A DNA stretch of 64,000 nucleotides. It comes from Eledone cirrhosa. Lineage: Eukaryota. Under the pieces are notes generated by a model that was not told the DNA's origin, did not search any database, and saw nothing but the letters and a program-made list of their open reading frames with translations. The translations under genes and the position numbers were made by a program. The stretch lies in the NCBI GenBank assembly GCA_964016885.1, contig OZ024745.1, forward strand, positions 101,432,001 to 101,496,000, read 5' to 3'. Numbering within the stretch: the first letter of the stretch is position 1; each line of letters begins with the position of its first letter. Of the stretch, positions 40,831-51,596 are shown piece by piece.

Positions 40831-41653
40831 AAGGAAAGTTATTATTAGGAATCAGTAGTAAAAAAAAAAATGATGTTGGTAGAATGAATGAAGGAGTACA
40901 ATAAAGATTGGATATGATGAGTTAAGTGAAGAATAAACATCACAAGGATCTCTTTATCAGAAATAAATTGAAAATTCAAGATTTTCTCATTTCTGCCATC
41001 AAATATCTTATGTAAACTGACAAATCAGTGTTTGTATTTAAGTGAGGGTGTATATAAACAGTTAGTGGAAGGAAATATACACAGAAACACATGAGCAATA
41101 GATACTTATAATCAAATGCTTTGAATATTTTTAAGAACTCCCTCCCTCCCACCCACTACATATAAAAACAACAAAAAACTAACACTGGTTTCTGTCACTG
41201 GACTGCGACCATGCTGGAGTATTTCTTTCATTTTTTTTTTTTAATTGTATCAATCTTAAATCTCATTTCCCTCTGGCATGTATGTATTTTGTTGATTTCT
41301 ATTTGTGAAACTTAAGTTGTAGGATAGAAAAATAGACTAGCTTAGTTTATACTGGTTTTTGATACCCATAAACATGTATAGAGCCACGGAAACACACGCA
41401 CACACACACACATAACTATATACAGTAAGTCCTTAACTTACGAACAAGTCATGTTCCAAGAGGCAGTTTGTTAGTTGATTTGTTTGTTAGTTGATCATCT
41501 AACACTGTACGTACCAATAAGCCCATATATGTTATATTGATACTGCAAGTTTCCATATGAGTGATATATATATACAGTATATAACATGTAATATAGAGGT
41601 ATATATACACAGTATATAGAGGTATATATATAGAGGTATATATATATATATAT

Positions 41654-41797
41654 CATCATCATCATCAACGTTTAACGTCCGTGTTCCACGCTTGCATGGG
41701 TTTGGATGGGGGTTTTCCCACTTGAGGCAAGAATGATTGTCTTGCTCGCATAGGACTGTCTGGCGGGTTTTCTACAGCTGGATGCCCTTCCTAACAC

Positions 41798-41837
<40 letters not shown>

Positions 41838-42037
41838 GGCGCCACGAAAAAGCACCCAGCACTCACTGTAAATGAGGTTGGTGTTAGGAAGGGCATCCAG
41901 CTGTAGAAATCAAGCCAAATCAGTTCCTGTATGAGCAAGGCATGGTCAGCCGACCAGACACTGCCCACAACAGGACAACCTGTCTAACCCATGCTAGCGT
42001 GGAAGGACGGACGTAAAACAGTGATGATGATGATGAT
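41654..42037. mobile_element. Two RTE/SINE A tail fragments in opposite orientation around (TA)n
   Basis: Minus copy at 41654-41798, plus copy at 41840-42037. Confidence 0.8.
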
Positions 42038-42155
42038 ATATATATATATATATATATGTATGAATGAAGTATTTCCGTCAGAAAGCTACAGGAAAAAAGA
42101 GTGCTCTATGTAGGCTACAGAGCTTATTAATTATGTATGAAACAACATAAGATGA

Positions 42156-42223
42156 TTATTTCATTTACCAGTCGTTTCTTGAAGACAGATGTTGTGCCTG
42201 TCTTCAGTTGTCAGAATGAATAA
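42156..42223 (-). ncRNA. Type I hammerhead ribozyme fold with a mutated core (CUGACAA)
   Basis: Minus strand: ttcatt-CTGACAA-c tgaagacag/ctgtcttca a-GAAAC gactg GTA-aatgaa. Confidence 0.65.
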
Positions 42224-42749
42224 AAAAACATGGTGTACTTATTAAATATGGATTTGAAAACAAAATTTAGGAAATATGAAAGTGAGGCTGAAAAAAACGG
42301 GCGAAAAGGAAAAAGTGGAAAAAATATATATATAAAAATCTAAATATCCAGAACGTAAACATACACGCACTTAACTACACGCATATACTAAAAAGTACGT
42401 AGATGGATACTTTCTCACATAAGCATATGTGCGTCTACATAGAAAAACGGACAGGAACATAAATACATACACATACATATACACAGATATATACATAAAA
42501 CCATACACATACATATACACAGATATATATGCACTCAAAAATGTACACACAAATATGGACAGTAGTTAGGAAACAGGAATGACTAAATAAATAAAAAAGA
42601 ATGAAAAATACAAAATATATATATATATATATAAAATAAATATACGTACACATACATGTGCACACATATATATATATATATATACATATACACACACACA
42701 TATATATACACATACATACAAACATATACACACACATCCACATACAAAA

Positions 42750-43075
42750 AAAAAAGGTATTATGCACATGTCGTTTCTTTCAAACACCCTGAAAAAAGAA
42801 CAGCAACGGCGCTGGCAAATAAAGTATGGGAGTTCAAAGACAAAAACATTCCATACACTATTGATTGGTCTATTTTAGACCATTCAAGAAAATACCAAAG
42901 GAGCACAAAGAAATGTTCTTTGTGTACTACGGAAAAATTTAGAATTCTCCAAAACTTGAAAACCCCTCCCACTTGTCTCAACTCTAAGACCGAGATATTT
43001 AGATGTTGTCCGCACCTGAAATCGCATCTACTTTTTAACTGTATTAACACACCAACGATTACTCAACCACCTTGA
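42750..43075 (+). mobile_element. Penelope-like (Naiad-type) GIY-YIG endonuclease C-terminal fragment
   Basis: KKRYYAHVVSF...TALANKVWEFK...WSIL...CSLCTTEKFRI...LNSKTEIFRCCPH...LL. Confidence 0.82.
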
Positions 43076-44052
43076 GCTTCTTCTTTACTTATCACGCCTT
43101 CCACTCACTACCAATATCATCACCTTATGAATACATACTTTCTACCAATATATACTTTTTCTCCCTCATCTCTTTCTATATATCATTTGACTTATATCCC
43201 CCCCCCCCTACTATCTACCATACCTTAATACATACACACCCACCACCTTTATCCTTTACCCAGATCACTTTTTAACTATATACCCTTATCCAGATCTCAT
43301 CACAAACACTCACTCTCCACTACAACTTTTACACCCTTTTCCCCCCTTACCTGTTCTTAATAATTGTTTTTATTATTTTATTTCAGTTTTACTCCCCTTT
43401 GTCCTTACTTACCCACTAGGTTTTTAAGCGTACTCACATAAGGTTATATGTGGGTGCATCTGCAGACAGGCTTATGTGTACTTACTTATATACGCGTTTT
43501 TATTTACATGTATGTGTGTGGGTGTGTGTATATATATGTATGCTTGTGCTTGTATTTATGTTTTTGTGTATATGAGTATATATGAGTATATATGTGTTTA
43601 TATGTGTGTATAGATTTACGTATATGTTTATTTATATACATGTGTTGATTTCTTATTGCGTGCGTGTGTGCGCACGCTTATGTGTACGAATGTATGTGGG
43701 TTATGTACCTTTGAGATTCATTTAGCTAATTTATTGTAGGGTTTTTTGTATGTGTATGCATGTGGATGTGTGTGTATATGTTTGTATGTATGTGTGTATA
43801 TATATGTGTGCACATGTATGTGTTTGCATGTGTATATATGAATGTATATGTGTATATGTGTATATATGTGTATATATATATATGTATATGCATATCTTGT
43901 GTATTTGTTTATATTTAAGTTGTTTTTATTTATATAGTTTTACAATAGATTAGAATCACTCAACAAGTAAGTTTTCTGGAGTTATTAATTCAAAATATTA
44001 ATAAATATAGACATTCAACGTAATCAACATATATGTATGTATGTATGTTATG

Positions 44053-44670
44053 TCAGGTCACCACTTGGTGCTACTGGTAACATGTATCCCAGTACAACCT
44101 GTCTCATGGTCGGGTCGTTGGCGACTAAACTGGCAACCCCACCAAGGTTTCTTGGTGAGGAGGGTGACTTTGGACATCCTGCAGAACTAAAAACAAAACC
44201 TGTCAAAGGGCAAAGGAGCTCTTAAGAGTCAATGGCCATCCAAAATCACTGGGAGAGATGACCCCTTAGCCTTTGTCAAGGCAGAATTCTAGGAGAAGGA
44301 AAACTCTGATATAACACCTGCAACCCTGATGGTATCCAATGATGTTGACTTGTTCTTCTTTTTGGTAAATATCATCTTGGTTAAGAGAGTGGGACTGGCT
44401 TTGTGCAGTGTCTTTGCTCACTATAAAAGCTTCACGGCACAGGCATTGCTTTATATCTGGAGATCTCTCTGCACTTGTCATCACATGGTACCAAAGGCAA
44501 AGCACTATGTGTCGATAATTGTCACAAGTGTAATGTTTGTACCAGAGTTTTCAAGTCGCTGGCTGGACTAAAAAGTCACACTCGTTCAGCGCATCGGTAG
44601 GGGTTCTCCTACATGGATATAAAGTAGTGGCCGTACTCGAAAACGAGTTGGCAGCCTGTATGTATGTATG
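44053..44670 (+). mobile_element. Internally deleted (bipartite) RTE-like element in (TATG)n
   Basis: RTE-like 5' UTR motif ggagaaggaaaactctga, C2H2 finger HKCNVCTRVFKSLAGLKSHTRSAHR* at 44523-44600, hairpin ctcg-aaaa-cgag, then (tgta)n. Confidence 0.6.
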
Positions 44671-45440
44671 TATGATGTGGTGTTGTGAAACGAACAACTT
44701 AACTACACAGTTATACCTCATAGAAACATGTGTGTGTGTGTATGTGTGTGTGTGTATGTATGTATGTATATATGTATGATGTGGTGTTGTGAAACAAACA
44801 ACTTAACTACACAGTTATACCTCATAGAAACATGTGTGTGTGTGTGTGTGAGTATGTGTGTATGTATGATGTGGTGTTGTGAAACGAACAACTTAACCAT
44901 GCAGTTGCGTCTCATAGAAACATATGTGTGTGTGATTACATATAAAAATGAGAAAACTCATCACTAGAAAAGCTAAATTCTGTCAAAGACAGCGATGGGC
45001 AAAAATGCCTTAGAGGACAAAGACCTGTGGTCAAGAGAGTGACAATGTGTATGTATGTATGTATGTTGTGTGTCATCATCATCAATTAACGTCTATCTTC
45101 CACGCTATCATGGGTTTGACAGGTCCCATGTAAAGGCAAGTTGGGTCGGGTGACTGTGTCTTGCTCATATAGGGGTGTTTCTGACTCGTTTTCTACAGCT
45201 GGTATGTGTGTGTGTATATGTATGATGTGGTGTTGTGAAGTGAATAACTTAACTACAGTTATGCCTCATAGAAACATATATGTGTATGTATGTAGTGAGT
45301 GAGCATGTATGTATTGTGTGTGTATATATATGTATGCATATTGTCTGTGTGTGTGTGTATATGTATGACGCGGTTGGTGTATATGTATGATGTGCTGTTG
45401 TGAAGCGGACAACTTTACACAGTTATGCCTCATAGAAACA
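44668..45440. repeat. Five copies of a ~60-bp unit separated by variable spacers (mostly microsatellite)
   Basis: tgtatgatgtggtgttgtgaaacgaacaacttaactacacagttatacctcatagaaac at about 44668, 44773, 44863, 45218 and 45383. Confidence 0.85.
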
Positions 45441-46424
45441 TATGTATGTTGTGTGTGTGCTTGTATGTATGTTGTGTGTATGTATGTATGCATGTATATT
45501 GTGTGTGCTTTTTTTTTTACATTTACAAATATATAGTATGCATGGGTACATGAAAATGTGTAAAATGCATACTTGGTAGTTGTACAAGTAACATGTTACA
45601 CTTGATGTTGTAAAACAAGTAAGTTTCAAAAGTCTTATTCTCATGATAAAACAGAACATATAAGTAAATAAATCAGAGTAATTCCCTCTTGGAATCCTCA
45701 GGGAAACTGTGTTTATGCCATTAGATACATTACCGATCCCAATCCCCAATGAAATAAAAAAATAAAATCAACAGCCCTTTTATTAATTTGATATAAGAGA
45801 AAACAGAAATTCCTCAATTAACAATAAATGTAGTTTAAACATAACCTTTCAATAAATGTTATTTATAAGTATTTGCTGTATGTGCATTCTGGATCCAAAT
45901 AATTCCCTGTGTGGCCTTACCTACCATCTCCTGAGAGGTGATAAAATAGATATCAAAGAGCCAAAGAGGGAACATCTACTTGGTCCTTTGACATGCTAGA
46001 AAAAAACATCAAAATTTCCTCAAATCTCGCCCAACAATCTTAAAAATAAGGACGCATTCGATATTGTTGTTAGAGAAAAATGGGACGGAATCATCATATA
46101 TAGGAAGCTTTTGATCACAGGCCTACATGTTCAAGCCTGACCAGAGGCAAAATAACAAAGTACCGATAATTTATCAGGGTCAATTTCTCATGCTATCGCT
46201 GCAAATTTGAGACTTTAAGCTAATGTTAAACATCCGTAATATTAAGTGGACTAAATATTCTACTATATTTAGTTTCAGAGAAAATTCGAGTTTGAATCCT
46301 GCTGTTGTTGTTTTTGACTGTTCTCTGCTTCAATATTGATAAAATATGTTCCAGGTGTATTAGTGCAAGCAGAGATGGTAGTTGGATGTGTAATGTTAGT
46401 GTATATGAACGACAGAACATATGT

Positions 46425-46905
46425 GAGCTAAGAGAAAAGGTGAGTATAAGAAGAACCAGATGTGTACAAAAGAGATGATTGTACTGGTACCATCATGAGA
46501 TGCATAAGGACAGCAAGAGGTGTATAAAGAAGTGCCTTGCACTTGAAGCAGATGGAACCTGTGGAAGCAGATCATAAAAGACATACGATGAAGTTGTGAA
46601 ATATGACCTTAAGAAACTGAACCGCACAAAGGAGATGACAAAAGACCATCTTGACTGGTGGCTTGCTGTACTAGAGATGATACGTACTACTATAAGAAAC
46701 TGAACCTCACAAAGGAGATGATAAAAGACCATCTTGACTGGTGGCTTGCTGTACTAGAGATGATATGTACTACTATAAGAAACTGAACCTCACAAAGGAG
46801 ATGATAAAAGACCATCTTGACTGGTGGCTTGCTGTACTAGAGATGATACGTACTACTATAAGAAACTGAACCTCACAAAGGAGATGATAAAAGACCATCT
46901 TGACT
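46425..46905 (+). mobile_element. Degenerate RTE 3' coding fragment with 83-bp tandem repeat (about 3.5 units)
   Basis: CIKKCLALEADG...KTYDEVVKYDLKKL; the unit starts at 46611, 46694, 46777 and 46860. Confidence 0.8.
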
Positions 46906-46908
46906 GCT

Positions 46909-47123
46909 ATAATAATTGTTTCTACTTTAAGCACAAGGCCAGCAATTTTTGGGGAGGCGAAAGTCGATTAAATCGACCCCAGTGCATTACTGGTGCTTTA
47001 TTTATCAACCCCATAAGGATGAAACGCAAAGCTAACTTCGGCAGGAATTTGAATTCAGAACGTAAAGGGCCGTAACTCCACGTCGTGAAGCATGGTATCC
47101 GACACTCTGCCGATACTGCCAAT
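46909..47123 (-). mobile_element. SINE family B
   Basis: Consensus match. Confidence 0.85.
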
Positions 47124-47437
47124 GATAATAGTTTCTAATTTAGGCATAAGATCAGCAATTTTGAGAAGGAAACATTAATTATATTGACTCCCACTACTTG
47201 ACAGGTACTTTTAACAATAATGTCAATAATAACAACCCCAACACAATTACAATACAGCAATAGACAATATTGTTGTAACTCAGAAAAATGAAAGAATCAT
47301 GCAAGACAATGTCAAATGTGACATTTGAAGGCCTCAAAAATTTAACTGGAGGCCAACAATAGAGAATATCATATTTCCAGTAGTTCCCTATTGTTTGATG
47401 CTTTCTGCCAAGAAACATTTCATCTGCAAACACCATG

Positions 47438-48377
47438 CCAGCTCTCAACTCTCCATTTAAAACATAGACTAATTTGATTCCAATAACATGCCAGCTCACT
47501 TCTCTCCAACTGGAACCCAGTCTAATTTCATTCCAATAACATGCCAGCTCACTTCTCTCCAACTGGAACCCAGTCTAATTTCATTCCAATAACATGCCAG
47601 CTCACTTCTCTCCAACTGGAACCCAGTCTAATTTCATTCCAATAACATGCCAGCTCACTTCTCTCCAACTGGAACCCAGTCTAATTTCATTCCAATAACA
47701 TGCCATCTCTCTTCCAACTGGAGCCCAGTCTAATTTGATTCCAATAACATGCCAGATTCTCTTCCAACTGGAGCCCAGTCTAATTTGATTCCAATAACAT
47801 GCCAGATTCTCTTCTCTCCAACTGGAACCCAGTCTAATTTGATTCCAATAACATGCCAGCTCTCTTCTCTCCAACTGGAACCCAGTCTAATTTGATTCCA
47901 ATAACATGCCAGCTCTCTTCTCTCCAACTGGAACCCAGTCTAATTTGATTCCAATAACATGCCAGCTCTCTTCTCTCCAACTGGAACCCAGTCTAATTTG
48001 ATTCCAATAACATGCCAGATTCTCTTCCAGCTGGAGCCCAGACTAATTTGATTCCAATAACATGCCAGCTCTCTTCTCTCCAACTGGAACCCAGTCTAAT
48101 TTGATTCCAATAACATGCCAGCTCTCTTCTCTCCAACTGGAACCCAGTCTAATTTGATTCCAATAACATGCCAGCTCTCTTCTCTCCAACTGGAACCCAG
48201 TCTAATTTGATTCCAATAACATGCCAGCTCTCTTCTCTCTAACTGGAACCCAGTCTAATTTGATTCCAATAACATGCCAGCTCTCTTCTCTCCAACTGGA
48301 ACCCAGTCTAATTTGATTCCAATAACATGCCAGCTCTCTTCTCTCTAACTGGAAGCCAGTCTGATTTGATTCCAATT
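47438..48377. repeat. 53-bp minisatellite (about 18 units, some shorter variants)
   Basis: Unit ccagctctcttctctccaactggaacccagtctaatttgattccaataacatg. Confidence 0.95.
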
Positions 48378-48579
48378 TTCTCTTGGTTCCTCACTGATCC
48401 TTCATTGCTCTGTTTCAAGTTAGTTGAAAAAGCGTAAATAAATATATATGCTATCTGTATGTGTGTGTGTCTGTGAGCAACTGTATTTATGAGGTACTAA
48501 AAATAGTTTATGTGTGTGTGTGTGTGTGTATGTATATATATATATATATATATTTAAACACAGGCACACACTGACATAT

Positions 48580-48900
48580 CCACCACCACCATCACCAATT
48601 AACGTCCATTTTTCCATGCTAGCATGGGTTAGATGAGTTGCCCCATTGTGAGACAAGCCAGGTCTAATGACCATGCCATGTTCATACAGGACCAATTTTG
48701 GCTTAACTTCTATGGCTGGATGCCCTTCCTAACGCCAACAATATTTCCAGTGTGTGCTGGGTGCTTCTATTGTGTCACCTACACAAACACTTTACAGTGT
48801 GGCTTGGATGCTCTATGTTGTGATACCTATACGACCACTTTACAGTGTGGTCTGGGTGCTGTTTTGTCATGTTGCCATCATGACCATGTTACAGTGTGGG
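48580..48900 (-). mobile_element. RTE 3' UTR fragment with ~48-bp subrepeats
   Basis: Tail match and accactttacagtgtgg repeats. Confidence 0.72.
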
Positions 48901-49100
48901 TTGGAGGCTGGGAGAGTGGAAGTAGATCAAGGGGAATGAGCGAGGAGGTTGGGTGGCATGTTCGGACATGGGAGGTGCCAGAGGGAGAGGAATGAGGGCG
49001 ATGGGAGAGTTGTTAGGGCATGGAGGTGTATGGAAGTAGGAGGGGAAAGGTAATGCATATAAGATATATGCTTCAACCCATGCACATGGGAGGGTGAGTC

Positions 49101-49180
<80 letters not shown>

Positions 49181-49182
<2 letters not shown>

Positions 49183-49826
49183 GACGTTGATTTTCGTTAA
49201 TTCCTGAGCTGAAAACGATTCTCGCTAATTTATATTTGTATTAATCTCCAGAGTCTAGCTATTGAGCAGTTAATTTTATTGATTTTTTCAGTTACTTATA
49301 TTGACTGTTGAATAGCTCTGTTATATTTAACCATTCTGTCGAGAGCTTTATTCGATTTGTGATATTTTGCATTCTCGCAATAATACACAACTGAATCATT
49401 CGCTTAATAGAGGTGTTACCTCCCTTGCTGAATCCCACGAGGGGTCAGTAATAGCCACACTATCTATAGCATCTTGGAGCAAAACCCGTTGATAACACGA
49501 CTTCCTTGTTCATCATCTCACCAGAAGCCCAACATTCTTTATGTAGGCGGACAGTACCTGATTTGGAGTCGCAGAAACCAATACTGGATTTTACCATCAG
49601 TCCAGGGTCCGGGAAAGTATCAACACATATATTTTTATTGTTTGACCCGAATTACTTGGTCGTTTTGTTTTGGCTGTGCGGATGATATGTTTAACCATCA
49701 TCTCAGTGTGTTTGGCCCTTAACGTATGTTGTAGCTCTGATTCATATGATTCATCGAGCGCTTGCCACACATATCGGACGTTGATTTTCGTTAATTCCTG
49801 AGCTGAAAACGATTCTCGCTAATTTA

Positions 49827-49831
<5 letters not shown>
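49181..49831. mobile_element. Non-coding 594-bp unit with a 57-bp direct terminal repeat, flanked by (TA)n
   Basis: 49181-49237 is identical to 49775-49831. Confidence 0.8.
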
Positions 49832-49875
<44 letters not shown>

Positions 49876-50428
49876 CGTGTAGTTAACTATATGTCTAGTC
49901 AATTTCTACAGGCTAGAAGGAATATTAGGTAAATATCATGTGGCTGTACATCGCGGAAAAGAAGCTATATCATTTGTCTATTATTTCTTCATAAGTACAT
50001 TTAAAACTTATAGCCTCGTTTAAATGATTTTTTTTGTGTGGTTGATTTATGCTGATTGGGAGAGGAAATACTGTATATATTTTATCTAATGATTTTTGGA
50101 CTTACATTTTTTATATATTGATCTGATTATTAATTATTTAATTAATTCTTCATTGAGCCACATCATGAATGGTTGCCAAAAACATATATATTTATCTATG
50201 ACTATGTCTAATTTATATATATACCCTTTAAATTTAATATATACTCCCGTAAGGTTGAGTAAAATTTTAGGCAGTATTCGGCTGCGTTTTCTAGCAACAA
50301 GCCTACTCACCGACAGGCACCAATCACAAACTTTCTGCCTTGACCACTGGCCACGTGATGATTCTTAGCCATTTTGAATTCATTTCTGGCAGGGATCATG
50401 GTAGAAAATTCTTAGTCCAGTCTGAGGT

Positions 50429-50514
50429 ATCTCCTGATGACTTCCGAGCCTCGTGGATTTATCCAAGACCGGATATATCCAAAGAGTGGAACGAAACCGC
50501 CGGTTAGTAGAGAT
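50429..50514 (+). ncRNA. Type I hammerhead ribozyme with long stem II
   Basis: atctc-CTGATGA-cttcc...tggatttatcc/ggatatatcca...ggaac-GAAAC cgccggtta GTA-gagat. Confidence 0.72.
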
Positions 50515-50625
50515 TCTGAAGATTCTGGTAAAGTTTATGTACATTTTTTCTTCTAACTTCGATTTTGTACCTAATTCCGTGTAGTTAACTATATGTCTAG
50601 TCAATTTCTACAGGCTAGAAAGAAT

Positions 50626-51260
50626 CATCATCATCATCATCATCAACGTTTAACGTCCGTGTTCCACGCTTGCATGGGTTTGGACGGGGGTAGTCCCACT
50701 TGAGGCAAGAGTGATTGTCTTGCTCGCATAGGACTGTCTGGCAGGTTTTCTACAGTTGGATGCCCTTCCTAACACCAACCACATTTACAGTGTGGGTCTG
50801 GGAGGTTTTTACCGTGTTGCCTACACGGCCACATTACAGCGTGGACTGTGCACCAACATAACTTTACATAGAACGGGGTGGTGTGGATGGGGTGGGGGTG
50901 GTGGCGGGACGGGGTGTATTTTGTTAGAGATGCCTACTGGCAAGGCGGGTCTTCTCTGTTACTGAGTACCGCCAAAGGTCTCGGTCCAGTGACATTGTCT
51001 TGGAGAGGTGTAAGTGTGTGAGGTCGGAGTTTATCAGCTCATCCCATGTTTTTCTAGGTCTGCCTATTCCGTGGCTACCGTCTATCTTTATTGCCCTGCA
51101 CTTTGTAATACAGCTATCGACTTTCATGCGCATCACGTGTCCATACCAACGCAGCCTTCTCTCGAGTAAACAACATCTGATCCCTCTTATCTCTAATTTT
51201 TTCCTTAGTTCGTTTATGCTTTGCCGTTCACGTATATTACTGTTACACATCCAGCGGAGC
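50626..51260 (-). mobile_element. 5'-truncated RTE LINE with TSD aaagaat
   Basis: ORF 50924-51262 (MLRWMCNSN...RLRWYGHV...GRPRKTW). TSD at 50619-50625 and 51262-51268. Confidence 0.93.
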
Positions 51261-51526
51261 AAAAGAATATTAGGTAAATATCATGTGGCTGTACATCGCA
51301 GAAAAGAAGCTATATCATTTATCTATTGTTTCTTCATAAGTATATTTTAAACTTATAGTCTCGTTTAAATGATTTTTTGTGTGGTTGATTTATACTGATT
51401 GGGAGAGGAAATACTGTATATATTTTATCTAATGATTCTTTGGACTTAAATTTTTTATATTAATATATATATATATCACTATCTTGATTAAATCTTAACC
51501 ATTTAACATCTCAGGGTATGTCATGT

Positions 51527-51596
51527 ATCATTATATTTTGTCTGATGAGGACGTACTGTTGTACATCCGAAATATGTATAATAAAATGTAAGTGAT
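51527..51596 (+). ncRNA. Type I minimal hammerhead ribozyme
   Basis: ttatattttgt-CTGATGA-ggacgtac tgtt gtacatcc-GAAA-tatgta-TA-ataaaatgtaa. It has an 11-bp stem I and an intact core. Confidence 0.82.

Larger units (their letters stand above)
49872..51460 (+). mobile_element. Retrozyme/pLTR-like element: 702-bp unit + ~245-bp direct repeat, with a hammerhead; the second repeat is interrupted by an RTE
   Basis: 49872-50116 is repeated at 50574-50625 + 51269-51460; (TA)n on both sides. Confidence 0.8.

Noticed and set aside
44060-44135. HDV-like ribozyme
   Set aside because: P2 and P4-like parts are visible, but I could not assign P1 or a canonical L3.
44668-45440. CRISPR-like repeat-spacer array
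   Set aside because: The spacers are mostly microsatellites, the context is eukaryotic, and there are no cas genes.
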